A stretch of 64,000 nt of DNA from Chloroflexia bacterium (GCA_013698305.1 JACCVC010000168.1:8737-72736), one strand, 5' to 3'. Shown: positions 48,195-59,801, counted from the stretch's first letter. The notes: generated from the sequence alone by a model not told the origin. Translations and numbers: made by a program.

Positions 48195-48203
48195 TGGTAG
48201 AAT
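48195..48203 (+). promoter_or_regulatory. Candidate extended -10 element (TGGTAGAAT) for the infC-rpmI-rplT operon
   Basis: TGGTAGAAT lies 114 nt upstream of the infC start. Weak -35 (TGGAAT, 18-nt spacer). Confidence 0.3.
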
Positions 48204-48245
48204 CAGCGGGATTTTGGTAAAGTACAGGTTGAGTCGCTGACATTA

Positions 48246-48280
48246 CGGTGACGGCGCAGATCCGTTGCCGGTGTTTGTAT
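48246..48280 (+). promoter_or_regulatory. Terminator-like hairpin in the infC leader (possible L20-type attenuator)
   Basis: 9-bp stem CGGTGACGG / CCGTTGCCG (two G-U pairs) with loop CGCAGAT, followed by GTGTTTGTATG. Confidence 0.35.
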
Positions 48281-48316
48281 GTCCTACAACAACGAGTACA
48301 TTCCAGGAGGCAAGCT

Positions 48317-48868
48317 ATTTCTAGACCGGTTCAAACTCGCGTCAACGACCGTATTCGTGTTCGCGAGGTAAGATTAATTGACGACGAAGGGCAGCAGTTC
48401 GGGGTCGTTCCGACGCGCGAAGCGCTCATGATGGCGCGGGAGAAGGGGTTGGATCTCGTAGAGGTCGCCGCAAACGCGCAACCACCTGTGTGTCGTCTCA
48501 TGGATTACGGCAAGTACCGCTACGAGCAAAGTCGCAAGGAGCGGGAAACCCGGAAGAACCAGCATGTGACCAAGGTCAAGGAAGTTCGTGTCGAGCCAAA
48601 GATTGGCGGGCACGATCTCGAGACCAAGGGGCGCCAGGCCGAGCGATTTCTCAAGGCCGGTGACAAGGTCAAATTGTCCGTGCTGTTTCGTGGACGATCG
48701 ATCACGCACCCGGAACTGGGCAGAGATTTGCTTCAGAAGCTCTCCGAGCAACTCAGCGATGTCGGAGCCGTGGAGCAAGGCGCTCGTATGGAAGGGCGCA
48801 CGATGACCATGTACATGGCTCCGGCACGGGCGAAATCCGAGGCCAGCGGTAGCGGAAAAGAAGGGTAG
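48317..48868 (+). CDS. infC: Translation initiation factor IF-3 (ATT start codon)
   Basis: Conserved IF-3 sequence from ...RVNDRIRVREVRLIDDEGQQ.GV. GGAGG (48306-48310) lies 6 nt before the in-frame ATT at 48317. The upstream residues of the track ORF are not IF-3-like. Confidence 0.9.
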   Translation: MSRPVQTRVNDRIRVREVRLIDDEGQQFGVVPTREALMMAREKGLDLVEVAANAQPPVCRLMDYGKYRYEQSRKERETRKNQHVTKVKEVRVEPKIGGHDLETKGRQAERFLKAGDKVKLSVLFRGRSITHPELGRDLLQKLSEQLSDVGAVEQGARMEGRTMTMYMAPARAKSEASGSGKEG

Positions 48869-48873
48869 TTGGC

Positions 48874-49086
48874 GTGGCAAATCGAGGAAAACTCAAGACG
48901 CACAAGGGTGCGAAGCGTCGATTCAAGATCACCGGAACGGGCAAGATTATGCACGCCAAGGGCATGAAGAGCCACCGGAGGCGCAAGAAATCGGCGCGCG
49001 TGAAGCGGCAATTCGACAAGATGCTGGTGATGAACCCGGCCTCGACGAAACGCGTGCGGAAGATGCTTCCTCACGGACTCAAGTAG
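48874..49086 (+). CDS. rpmI: 50S ribosomal protein L35
   Basis: KLKTHKGAKRRFKITGTGKI...HRRRKKS is canonical L35. GTG start. Confidence 0.93.
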   Translation: MANRGKLKTHKGAKRRFKITGTGKIMHAKGMKSHRRRKKSARVKRQFDKMLVMNPASTKRVRKMLPHGLK

Positions 49087-49133
49087 CCAGTCAATAGCTC
49101 GCGTGTGGCACGCGTGACGGAGGATTCAACGCA

Positions 49134-49499
49134 ATGGCTCGTGTAAAGAGGGGCGTCACCGCCCATCGTCGGCACCGAAAGGTACTGGCGCAAACCAAGG
49201 GACACCGAGGCACACGCAACCGATTGTTCAAGCGCGCGAATGAGTCGCTGATGCGATCGCTTGCATTTCAGTATCGTGACCGCCGGAATCGAAAGCGCGA
49301 AATGCGCAAACTGTGGATTCAGCGGATCAACGCGGCCAGCAGGGCCAACGGTCTGCAATACTCGCGGCTGATCTATGGCTTGTCCACGGCAGGCGTCGAC
49401 ATCGACCGGAAGATGCTCGCCGATCTCGCGGTCCGCGATGAGGAAGCGTTTGCTGCGATCGTCGAGGCGGCACGCCAGGCATTGCCGGGGTCTGCATAG
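49134..49499 (+). CDS. rplT: 50S ribosomal protein L20
   Basis: [23 protein letters not shown] is the canonical L20 N-terminus. GGAGGA RBS. Confidence 0.95.
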   Translation: MARVKRGVTAHRRHRKVLAQTKGHRGTRNRLFKRANESLMRSLAFQYRDRRNRKREMRKLWIQRINAASRANGLQYSRLIYGLSTAGVDIDRKMLADLAVRDEEAFAAIVEAARQALPGSA

Positions 49500-49512
49500 A
49501 GCCATCGTGGCG

Positions 49513-50322
49513 ATGGATCACGATCAGTCACAATGGCGTGAAATAGCCAGCGCTAACAATCCTCAAATGAAACTGATGCGCTCGCTCAGTCGCCGGAAAG
49601 CCCGGCTAGCTGAGCGGGCGTTTCTGCTGGAAGGCCGTCGGCTGATCGAGGACGCGTTGGGCGCGGGCATGGACGTCAGAAAGCTGCTCATCCGTGACGA
49701 TGTCAATTCAGCCTGTGTGAGCAGGCTCCAGCGGCCTGGCATTGATGTGTTCCGTGTGGCCGCCGGCATCTTCGATCATTCCAGCAACGTCGAACAGAGC
49801 CAGGGATTTGCCGCGATCTGCGCGATGCCTGAACCTGCTGACCCGCGTTTGCCCGAAGGTAGCGACCTCCTGATTCTCGATCAGCTACGCGATCCCGGCA
49901 ATATGGGGACGGCATTACGGTCGGCTGCCGCGTCGGGGATCACCACGGTGCTGATTATGCCTTCCAGTGTTGACCCGTTCGCGCCAAAGGCGGTGAGATC
50001 AGGGATGGGCGCGCATTTTCGACTCAGTATCGGCGAGTTCGATGCGGGTTGGAATACGGCGCTCCGCGCGTCCAGGACGAGGTTGGTGCTGGCGGAGATG
50101 AACGGCGAGCAGGATTACGACTCCTTCGATTGGACTGACCCCTTTGTATTGGTGCTCGGGGGCGAAACGCACGGCTCTTCATCTGAGCTGTCCGATCTGA
50201 AGTCAACCAGTGTTCGAATCCCAATGGCCGGGGATGTCGAGAGTCTCAACGTTGCCGTGGCGGGCTCGATCGTGATGTTCGAGGCGGCTCGGCAACGGCG
50301 GGCTACCGCGTCTCTGGGCTGA
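49513..50322 (+). CDS. TrmH/SpoU-family RNA 2'-O-methyltransferase
   Basis: SpoU substrate-binding N-domain plus methylase motifs (DPGNMGT, LGGE..G, IPM.G.VESLNV). ATG 49513 (GTG 49507 is the alternative). Confidence 0.88.
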   Translation: MDHDQSQWREIASANNPQMKLMRSLSRRKARLAERAFLLEGRRLIEDALGAGMDVRKLLIRDDVNSACVSRLQRPGIDVFRVAAGIFDHSSNVEQSQGFAAICAMPEPADPRLPEGSDLLILDQLRDPGNMGTALRSAAASGITTVLIMPSSVDPFAPKAVRSGMGAHFRLSIGEFDAGWNTALRASRTRLVLAEMNGEQDYDSFDWTDPFVLVLGGETHGSSSELSDLKSTSVRIPMAGDVESLNVAVAGSIVMFEAARQRRATASLG

Positions 50323-50434
50323 TTTGTCGACAGTTGCGCCGATTTTGAGTACACTCCGTGATTGATAACGTGAAGTTCCATTGTGGAATGGGGGTTTTCG
50401 CCGATTGACGGACCCTCGCCTGAAAGGAAGCACT

Positions 50435-50710
50435 ATGCGAAAGCAGGAACTTGTCAAGGCAGTAGCGGACTCGATGGGATCGAGTGAGTCCGAGGCGTCG
50501 AAGGCTGTCAACGCCGTCTTTGAGGTAATTGAGTCGAGTCTCGCGAAGGGGGACGATGTGACCGTGAGTGGATTCGGTTCGTTCAAGGTCGTCGAACGGT
50601 CGGCTCGCGAGGGACGAAACCCCCAGACTGGCGCATCAATGACGATCGCCGCCAAGAAGGCGCCTGTCTTCCGAGCTGGCACGCAGCTTAAGCGCTCCGT
50701 CGAGGGATAA
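50435..50710 (+). CDS. hup: DNA-binding protein HU
   Basis: GFGSFKVVERSAREGRNPQTG....I.A.K.P.F.AG is the canonical HU/IHF fold sequence. 91 aa from ATG 50435. Confidence 0.93.
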   Translation: MRKQELVKAVADSMGSSESEASKAVNAVFEVIESSLAKGDDVTVSGFGSFKVVERSAREGRNPQTGASMTIAAKKAPVFRAGTQLKRSVEG

Positions 50711-50740
50711 GGTCTCCCAAATACGGTACTCCACTAAGAA

Positions 50741-50778
50741 CGCCCGGCCCCATGAGTATTGTGGGACCGGGCGTTTTG
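50741..50778. terminator. Rho-independent terminator between hup and convergent plsX
   Basis: Stem CGCCCGGCCCCA / TGGGACCGGGCG (one mismatch) followed by TTTTGG. Confidence 0.65.
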
Positions 50779-50802
50779 GATTGTGCAGGCGTTCAGGAGG
50801 CG

Positions 50803-51837
50803 TTAAGAGTGCTCGTCAGCATCCCGAGCTTCTGGCTCCTGGGCGATCCGTTCCGCAATGCGGGAGGGCAAACGCTGCTCGCTGCTACGTGCCGCGACGC
50901 CCAGCGCATTCTCGATGGCGAGCGCGTTGGAGCGTCCATGAGCGATGATTGCGGTCCCATCGATCCCCAGGAGCGGAGCTCCGCCGATTTCCGCATAGTC
51001 GAGACGTCGGCGGAGTTCTTGAAACGCGGGTCGAAGAGCAAGCGCGGCGAGCTTCCGAAGCGGGGATGCCGTTAGAAGCTCCTTGAGCGATTCGGTGAGC
51101 AGCGCGGCAGTGCCCTCCGCCGTCTTGAGCGCGACATTGCCAGTGAAGCCATCGGTGACGACGATGTCAACCACGCCGAGGGCAATATCCCTGCCTTCGA
51201 CGTTGCCTCGAAAGTCGATGCCGTGGGTGGAGGCGAGCAGCTTGTGAGCCGCGAGGGTTAGTTGATTGCCTTTGCCGGGCTCCTCGCCATTGCTGAGCAG
51301 GCCAATCGTGGGTTCCGGGACGTTGAGCACATATCGGGCGTAGGTCTGCCCCATGAGCGCGAACTGGACGAGGTGCACCGGCTTGGGATCAGTCACTGCT
51401 CCGAGGTCCAGCACCAGGGTTTTGCCTTTGAGCGCTGGCATGTATGAGCCGATGGCGGGGCGATCCACCCCCTTGATTCTCCCAAGGCTCATGAGCGTGC
51501 CGGCCATGACCGCGCCGCTGTTGCCCGCTGACAGCATCGCCGATGCATCGCCGTCCTTCACCGCCTGTATGGCGCGCATGAGGCTACTGTCGGGCTTGCG
51601 TCGTACAGCCTGGGCCGGATGGTCGTCCATGGTGATGATTTCGCTCGTATCGACAACGTCGATGTCGACGCCCTGGGTGTCTAGACGCTCCAGCGTTGCC
51701 CCGATCAAGGATTCGTCGCCGTGTAGAAGAAGAGACACTCCAAACCGCCGTGCTCCAGAGACGGCACCGGAGACCACAACTTCAGGACCGTGGTCTCCGC
51801 CCATCGCATCGACTGCTATCACCAGTTTGGTCGGCAT
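50803..51837 (-). CDS. plsX: Phosphate acyltransferase PlsX
   Basis: IAVDAMGGDHGP N-terminal motif and conserved GNVALK, DY.E.GGAPLLG motifs. Confidence 0.95.
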   Translation of the reverse strand: MPTKLVIAVDAMGGDHGPEVVVSGAVSGARRFGVSLLLHGDESLIGATLERLDTQGVDIDVVDTSEIITMDDHPAQAVRRKPDSSLMRAIQAVKDGDASAMLSAGNSGAVMAGTLMSLGRIKGVDRPAIGSYMPALKGKTLVLDLGAVTDPKPVHLVQFALMGQTYARYVLNVPEPTIGLLSNGEEPGKGNQLTLAAHKLLASTHGIDFRGNVEGRDIALGVVDIVVTDGFTGNVALKTAEGTAALLTESLKELLTASPLRKLAALALRPAFQELRRRLDYAEIGGAPLLGIDGTAIIAHGRSNALAIENALGVAARSSEQRLPSRIAERIAQEPEARDADEHS

Positions 51838-51903
51838 CAGAAGAGATCTCCAGCGGCGATCGGAGGGTGCGCATGACGATCAGCGAGCGCGCTGAGGTCT
51901 ATC

Positions 51904-53892
<1,989 letters not shown>

Positions 53893-54972
53893 CTAGAGCA
53901 GGGTTTCCGGCGCGCCTGCGCTGCCCGTAGCGGGTGCAAATTTGTGAAGTAGTCGATTGCGGTCGTAGTAGAACATCATGCTGGCAATGGCAAGGCCGGT
54001 GCCAAGAAAGCTGTTTGCCAGGATCGCGACGGGGAGGCCGGGAGGTGACGAGATCATCAGATCCCAAAGCCTCAACGCTCCGGTCGCCAGCAGAACGCTC
54101 GCAACAGAGAACCTGACCATCGGACCGAAGAACGCCTGTGTCACCAGGGCCGACCGTTTAAGCGCCCGGATCGGGCCGATATCGTCGATAATGATTGACT
54201 CCAGAACGAAGCGTGCGTAGATCGCAACCAGGCTGGCTGCCATCACCAGGAACAGGGTCACCAGCGCGGCGAGGTTGAGCCCGAGCACCAGCAGGACCCC
54301 GGCGAACAGGACCAGCGGTACGACCAGCACGCCCGCGGCCGCCACGACCAGGGCGATGAACCCGATGAATCGGACCCAGGACCGGACCGTGTAGGTTAGA
54401 AGCGCGCCGGCCGACATCGGTCGGCGGGTGATCGCCATGGCAAGTGGCACTCGCCAACTCACGGCGACGAGTGAGGCAATCACCAGGAACACCACACCGA
54501 GGCCGAGTATGCCGACGATGCTTCCCGGATCGGTGAGATTCCGGCCAATGTCGGCCCAGATCGTCGGTAGGTCCCGACGATCGACACCGTCCGTCAATCC
54601 AGGCGCGAAGACGTTGGCGACGACGTTGAACAGGTTGTCCTGGGACAACCCTGAGAAGACGGAAGGGATCATGGCCGCCAGCAGATCGTTGAGTCGAGAT
54701 GTCTCGCCCAATAGTGTCAACTGGTCGGCGGCAAGCTCACCATTTTCGCCGCCCTGATCGATCATCAGGTCCACGAGGGGCGAGGTGATACGCGTGATCG
54801 GAATCTGGATACCGAGCCAGAGCAGAAGGTCGAGCATGATTGGGATGACGAGCAGCCACGGACGGCCGAGGGGAAGCGACAGACCAGAGGCCATGGTTTC
54901 GTTAACTCCGGAGATATCGCGAGATGCCTCACGGAGTTTTTCGTTTGCCGCTGGTGACAGTCGTCGATTCAC
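53893..54972 (-). CDS. Hypothetical polytopic membrane protein
   Basis: 359 aa with at least 6 hydrophobic helices. GTG start overlaps the stop of the upstream metallopeptidase gene (GTGA). Confidence 0.65.
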   Translation of the reverse strand: MNRRLSPAANEKLREASRDISGVNETMASGLSLPLGRPWLLVIPIMLDLLLWLGIQIPITRITSPLVDLMIDQGGENGELAADQLTLLGETSRLNDLLAAMIPSVFSGLSQDNLFNVVANVFAPGLTDGVDRRDLPTIWADIGRNLTDPGSIVGILGLGVVFLVIASLVAVSWRVPLAMAITRRPMSAGALLTYTVRSWVRFIGFIALVVAAAGVLVVPLVLFAGVLLVLGLNLAALVTLFLVMAASLVAIYARFVLESIIIDDIGPIRALKRSALVTQAFFGPMVRFSVASVLLATGALRLWDLMISSPPGLPVAILANSFLGTGLAIASMMFYYDRNRLLHKFAPATGSAGAPETLL

Positions 54973-55388
54973 GCCAATCCCATTTCGTCGAGTTGAAGCT
55001 CGTCAAATCCCAGGTGATGCCCGAGTTCATGCAGGACGGTGACCCTGATCTGGTGATCCAGCTCGGGACCTGAACCGAAGGCACGCAAGAGTGGTCCCCA
55101 GAAGAGCGTGATCTGGTCCGGGACCACCATCGAATAGCCACCGTCACGCGCGTTGCGGGGAATCCCGTGATACAGGCCAAACAACTCGTCGCTGTCGTCC
55201 TGCGCGGACTCGCGATGGACGGCTCGCGGTTCTGATTCAACGACCACCGCGACGTTGTCGAGGTAGCCTTGGACACCTGAAGGCAACTCTTGCAACGCGA
55301 GTTCAACACGGCGCGAGAATCGCTGCCGCAGCGCCTTTGCGCGAAGGCCATTTGCCCGGCGCTGTATGTCTATTTTATCAGTATTCAT
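54969..55388 (-). CDS. Small zincin-like metallopeptidase-family protein
   Basis: C-terminal HELGHHLG (HExxH) motif in a 139-aa protein, typical of the minimal zincin (DUF1025-like) family. Confidence 0.8.
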   Translation of the reverse strand: MNTDKIDIQRRANGLRAKALRQRFSRRVELALQELPSGVQGYLDNVAVVVESEPRAVHRESAQDDSDELFGLYHGIPRNARDGGYSMVVPDQITLFWGPLLRAFGSGPELDHQIRVTVLHELGHHLGFDELQLDEMGLA

Positions 55389-55416
55389 GGGCTTTTTCCA
55401 TGTTCGTACACGTCAG

Positions 55417-57072
55417 CTAATCCGATGGTGGGGGCGATTCCATGGTCTGCGCGAGCATGTCGCGACCGATGGAAACAGGGCCAGTGAGTCCACTGCCGCC
55501 GAACTCCAGCACGGCAGCCACAGCGTACCGCGGCTCACCTTCTTGAGGGCCGATGAAGCCGATGAACCAGGAGTGCGGCGTCTCGACACCAGTCTCCGCG
55601 GTGCCGGTCTTTCCGCCGACGAGGTACCCCGGCACCTGTGCCGCCTGGACCGATCCAGCATTCACCGTGTCGATCATCATCGCTTCGACCTGAGTGGCTG
55701 TCTCGGGCGAGATCGGCGTGAGCCACGTCTCGACAGGGGGCGAGCCGGTCACCGAACCGTCGGGAGAGACGATTTGGTCCACCAGCCGTGGTTCCATCAT
55801 GGCGCCGTCATTAGCGAAACCGGCAGTGATCACGGCCATGTGGAGCGGTGACACCTGGATCTCTCCCTGTCCGAATCCCGTGTCCGCGACGGCGTTGCTC
55901 GAGTCGAGGAACGATCTGTCGGACGCGAGCTGACTCTGAGACACGGGCAGGTCAAAGGGGACATCCTGCCCAAAGCCGAAGCGCTGCGCCATAAGCCAGA
56001 ACTCATCGCCTCCTATCTGCAGCCCGACCTGGGCGAGCACGATATTGAGCGACCACATGATGCCCTCTCGCAAGGTCCATTGGGTCTGCGACACATCAGG
56101 CCGATTTTGTCCCTCCAGCACGCGTCCATCGATCACGAGCTCGCCATCATCCGTGTAGACCGAGTCCGGATCGGCGTACCCCAACTCGATCGCGATGGCC
56201 GCGGTGATCGTCTTGAAGGTCGAACCGGGGGTGTAGAGACCCAGGTTGGCACGGGTCACCAACGGCGCGTCAGTATCTTCGATGAGCGTGTCCCAGTACG
56301 CCTGCGCATCGGCGTTTGCGGTTGGCGAGGTCGTGAACAGCTGATTGGGGTCGTATGCTGGGCTGCTCGCCATTACGACGATGTCGCCGGTGTCGACATC
56401 GACGACGACGACCGCGCCGTTCTGGTCGCCGAGCATGGCCTGGGCTGATTCCTGAAGATCGGTATCCAGCGTCAGGGTGATGTCAGAACCCTGTTGGGGT
56501 TGATGCAACAGGTTATTGAACAGCCGCGATATCGGATTGTTGCCGGCCTGGCCCGTGAGCACGTCGGCGTAAGTCAGCTCGAGTCCGGACGAGCCGAACA
56601 GGAACGGTGAGTGATAGCCCGCGACATAGGAGGTGGCGTCATTCGGCCAGGATCGGTAGTAGTTGCCGTCCTGCTCCATGGTAGCGGCTATTGCCACGCC
56701 GTCGCGGTCCATGATCTCGCCCCGCTGGTTCTCGAGTGGCGTCAGAACGACGCGGGGGTTGGCGATGGCGTCACCGTCGTCGGTTTGGGCAGAACGGTAA
56801 GCAATAGCGTCCTGCTGCACGACCTGGATGCGGATGAGCTGGACCGACACGATCGCGAGGACCGTGGCAAATACTATGGCAATTCGTATCAGGGACCGCG
56901 AAAATTGGGGCATGTTTGGCAGGGGAAGGTACGTCGCGAGGAGCAATAAGAGCCACGCCATGCCCAGGATCGTGAGCCAGCGCGCATCGGAGACATCGTC
57001 AATGGTTGCAAGTCCCCATCCGAGCAGCGCCGCGCTGGCGATTCCACAGAGAATGCGAATTATCGACGGCAT
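55417..57072 (-). CDS. Class B penicillin-binding protein (peptidoglycan D,D-transpeptidase, PBP2/FtsI type)
   Basis: N-terminal TM anchor. Transpeptidase motifs STFK (PGSTFKTIT), SLN and KTGTAE. Confidence 0.92.
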   Translation of the reverse strand: MPSIIRILCGIASAALLGWGLATIDDVSDARWLTILGMAWLLLLLATYLPLPNMPQFSRSLIRIAIVFATVLAIVSVQLIRIQVVQQDAIAYRSAQTDDGDAIANPRVVLTPLENQRGEIMDRDGVAIAATMEQDGNYYRSWPNDATSYVAGYHSPFLFGSSGLELTYADVLTGQAGNNPISRLFNNLLHQPQQGSDITLTLDTDLQESAQAMLGDQNGAVVVVDVDTGDIVVMASSPAYDPNQLFTTSPTANADAQAYWDTLIEDTDAPLVTRANLGLYTPGSTFKTITAAIAIELGYADPDSVYTDDGELVIDGRVLEGQNRPDVSQTQWTLREGIMWSLNIVLAQVGLQIGGDEFWLMAQRFGFGQDVPFDLPVSQSQLASDRSFLDSSNAVADTGFGQGEIQVSPLHMAVITAGFANDGAMMEPRLVDQIVSPDGSVTGSPPVETWLTPISPETATQVEAMMIDTVNAGSVQAAQVPGYLVGGKTGTAETGVETPHSWFIGFIGPQEGEPRYAVAAVLEFGGSGLTGPVSIGRDMLAQTMESPPPSD

Positions 57073-57099
57073 GTGCGAATGCCCTTTGCATGAATGAGG

Positions 57100-58419
57100 T
57101 CAGGCACGTTTGGGGAGTCCTGACACGTAGAGCAGCATCCCCGCCAATGCGAAGTTGGTTATCAACGCGCTACCTCCATAGGAGATCAACGGCAACGTGA
57201 TCCCCGTCAGCGGGATCACCCGTGTTACCCCGCCCAATATAATGATGGCTTGAATGCCGATGATCGAGCTGAGCCCGGCCGCGACGAGCTGGATGTATCC
57301 GTCACGAGCGCGAATTGCAATCGTGAACCCCCTGAGGACAAAGAACAGGTAGAGGGCGATGACGGCGAGGGCGCCGAGGAGGCCCAGCTCCTCACCGATG
57401 GCGGAGAAGATGTAGTCGGTCTCGACCGCCGGGATGTACGCGGGGGAGCCATAACCCAGACCCACGCCGAAGACGCCGCCGCTGGCGAGCGCATAGTCGG
57501 AATGCACTGGCTGGAAACCGGTGACAAGTGGATCTTGCCAGGGGTTCAGCCAGTTCTGCACCCGGATTCCGACCCGATCAAAGGCGAACCAGGCGCCATA
57601 GCAGGCGGCGGCGAAGCTACCGAGACCGACCACGACGTAGACGAGTCCTCCCGTGGCAACGTACAGCATGGATATGAAGATGCCGAAAAAGAGCAGGGCA
57701 GAGCCAAGGTCATTGAGCACGACGAGGGTCAGCAGCGACATTGCCCACATCACGCCCATCGGGATCAGGTAGGGGATCGGCGGCAACTTCATCGGGCCGA
57801 CGTTCCAGGAGGACTTGAGCATGTCGCGGTTCTCGTCGAGGTAACTCGCCAGGAAGGCGACCAGCGCTAGCTTGACGATCTCCGACGGCTGGATTTGGAT
57901 AGGGCCGACGTCGATCCAGAGCTTCGCGCCGTACACCTCCGTGCCGAGAAAGAAGGTCGACATCTGCAGCGCCGTCGCGCCAAGAATGAGGAGGTATCGA
58001 TAGCGCTGGAGCCACCGGATCAGGCCGAGCGGGCCAAGCAGCATCACGGAGAGCCACATGACGGCGAGGCCAACGCCCAGGTACATCAAATGGCGCTGTG
58101 CGATCGTGGAAAATCCGGGGTCGCGGGCGGCGAGATCCGGGTGCAGGCGCTGAATCATCAGCATACCGATCAGCGCGATCATTGCCGTCAGTGGCAGGAT
58201 GGTCTGGTCGCCGCGGAACCCTCGCAAGCCGAGCGTCAGGCTCATCACAATCACCGCTCCGGCAAAGGCGAGGCTGGTCCAGAGTTCGGTCCATGACCAG
58301 TCGAGGGTGGCCCGAGGAACGAGCAGGATGATCGCCAGACCGATAATCGCGGTCAGCGCCGGAAACAGCAGGAGGCCGAATTCGGTGGTTCGGAAGGTGG
58401 GCCGGTATCGAGAAGCCAT
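57100..58419 (-). CDS. SEDS-family peptidoglycan glycosyltransferase (FtsW/RodA/SpoVE)
   Basis: 439 aa with about 10 TM helices. Conserved IQPSEIVKL, TDYIFSAIGEELG and LPLISYGGSA motifs. Confidence 0.93.
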   Translation of the reverse strand: MASRYRPTFRTTEFGLLLFPALTAIIGLAIILLVPRATLDWSWTELWTSLAFAGAVIVMSLTLGLRGFRGDQTILPLTAMIALIGMLMIQRLHPDLAARDPGFSTIAQRHLMYLGVGLAVMWLSVMLLGPLGLIRWLQRYRYLLILGATALQMSTFFLGTEVYGAKLWIDVGPIQIQPSEIVKLALVAFLASYLDENRDMLKSSWNVGPMKLPPIPYLIPMGVMWAMSLLTLVVLNDLGSALLFFGIFISMLYVATGGLVYVVVGLGSFAAACYGAWFAFDRVGIRVQNWLNPWQDPLVTGFQPVHSDYALASGGVFGVGLGYGSPAYIPAVETDYIFSAIGEELGLLGALAVIALYLFFVLRGFTIAIRARDGYIQLVAAGLSSIIGIQAIIILGGVTRVIPLTGITLPLISYGGSALITNFALAGMLLYVSGLPKRA

Positions 58420-58426
58420 TGATCGG

Positions 58427-59296
58427 CTAGCTCTCGCTCTGGGCGTTGCGGGAGGTCAGAAAGGAGAGTAGGGCTGTATTCTCGTCAGAGCGTGAATCCT
58501 GGCTGGTGGAAACCGCGTGTGCCGCCGCCTGAGCACACCCTGACGTGCATGCAGGAAGCGGTGACGCGGCCAGACTGGCAATCAGGCTCTTGCTTCGGTC
58601 GACGTTAGCGGCCAGCACGGCCAAGACCGATGCGACGCTTACATCTTCTTCCGACTCGTGCCAGACATCGTAGTCAGTAACGGTCGCGACGACGCAGTAG
58701 CATATCCCAGCCTCTCGCGCGAGCCGCGCCTCTGGCATCGCGGTCATGCCGATGATTTGAGCGGGCCAGCTTCGGTAGAGTTGAGACTCGGCGCGCGTCG
58801 AGAACTGGGGCCCTTCGATGCAGACATAGGCGCCGCCATTGTGAACCTGCGCGTCGGCTTGATCGATTGAGGCCAGGACGTGTTGCTGGAAGTCGGGGCA
58901 GAACGGGTCGGCCAGGCTGACATGGGCGACGATGCCTCCTTCAAAAAACGTGCGGTCGCGCGCGACCGTGCGATCGACGATCTGGTCGGGCAACACCATC
59001 GTCCCGGGTGGCAGGTCCGCCTGCAAACTGCCGACGGCGCTGACGCTGAGGAGATGTGTGACGCCGATCTGCTTGAGGGCATGGATATTGGCCCGGTATG
59101 GCACGTCGCTTGGGTTGAGGCGATGTCCCTTGCCATGGCGAGGCAGGAACGCAATCGCGCAGTCGCCCATCTGTCCGGAGAGGATTGGCCCGCTGGCGCC
59201 GCCATACGGCGTTGTTACCGTCAGCTCTTCGACATCGGTGATGCCTGGCAGATCGTAGAGCCCACTGCCGCCGATAATGCCTAGTGTTGCGGGCAT
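58427..59296 (-). CDS. mtnP: S-methyl-5'-thioadenosine phosphorylase
   Basis: IIGGSGLYD, FLPRHG.GH and the GPQFST.AES...MT..PEA pattern of MTAP/PNP family 2. Confidence 0.92.
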   Translation of the reverse strand: MPATLGIIGGSGLYDLPGITDVEELTVTTPYGGASGPILSGQMGDCAIAFLPRHGKGHRLNPSDVPYRANIHALKQIGVTHLLSVSAVGSLQADLPPGTMVLPDQIVDRTVARDRTFFEGGIVAHVSLADPFCPDFQQHVLASIDQADAQVHNGGAYVCIEGPQFSTRAESQLYRSWPAQIIGMTAMPEARLAREAGICYCVVATVTDYDVWHESEEDVSVASVLAVLAANVDRSKSLIASLAASPLPACTSGCAQAAAHAVSTSQDSRSDENTALLSFLTSRNAQSES

Positions 59297-59418
59297 GAAG
59301 CAATCCTCACGGGGAAGGAGTCAGCGGGTCGCGTGATGCGCGCCCGGAATGTCAGGTTCAAGTGTACCCGCATGACATGTCCGTGACTCGATTGCGCGTG
59401 GCTGCATCGTAGACGTCG

Positions 59419-59427
59419 TGCTATACT
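59419..59427 (+). promoter_or_regulatory. Candidate extended -10 element (TGCTATACT) for rpsO
   Basis: TGCTATACT lies 105 nt upstream of the rpsO ATG. No good -35. Confidence 0.3.
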
Positions 59428-59438
59428 CTTTTGACGTA

Positions 59439-59464
59439 AACGCCGTCGCTACGGGCGTTTTTCT
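59439..59464 (+). promoter_or_regulatory. Terminator-like hairpin in the rpsO 5' leader
   Basis: AACGCCG..loop..CGGGCGTT stem (6 bp plus 2 bp with one bulge) followed by TTTTCT. Confidence 0.3.
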
Positions 59465-59531
59465 GCATGTTTACAGCAAGTCGCATACGCCCGATTGTTT
59501 GTCGGGAAACCCACGAGGAGGCGCCCAAGGC

Positions 59532-59801
59532 ATGGCGTTGCAAAAAGAGCAAAAGGATTCAATCATCGAGGCCGTTCGTACCCACGAGACGGACACGGGT
59601 TCGCCCGAGGTCCAGATTGCGATCATGACGGAGCGGATCACAGGGCTGACTGGTCATCTTCGGGAGCATCGACAGGATCATCATTCTCGCCGGGGCTTGC
59701 TGAAGCTGGTGGGCCGACGGCGCCGGCTGCTCGCGTATCTCAGCAAGAACGATGTAGAACGGTATCGGGCTGTGATTGCCCGTCACGGACTTCGTCGCTA
59801 A
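59532..59801 (+). CDS. rpsO: 30S ribosomal protein S15
   Basis: [34 protein letters not shown] is canonical S15. GAGGAGG RBS. Confidence 0.95.
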   Translation: MALQKEQKDSIIEAVRTHETDTGSPEVQIAIMTERITGLTGHLREHRQDHHSRRGLLKLVGRRRRLLAYLSKNDVERYRAVIARHGLRR

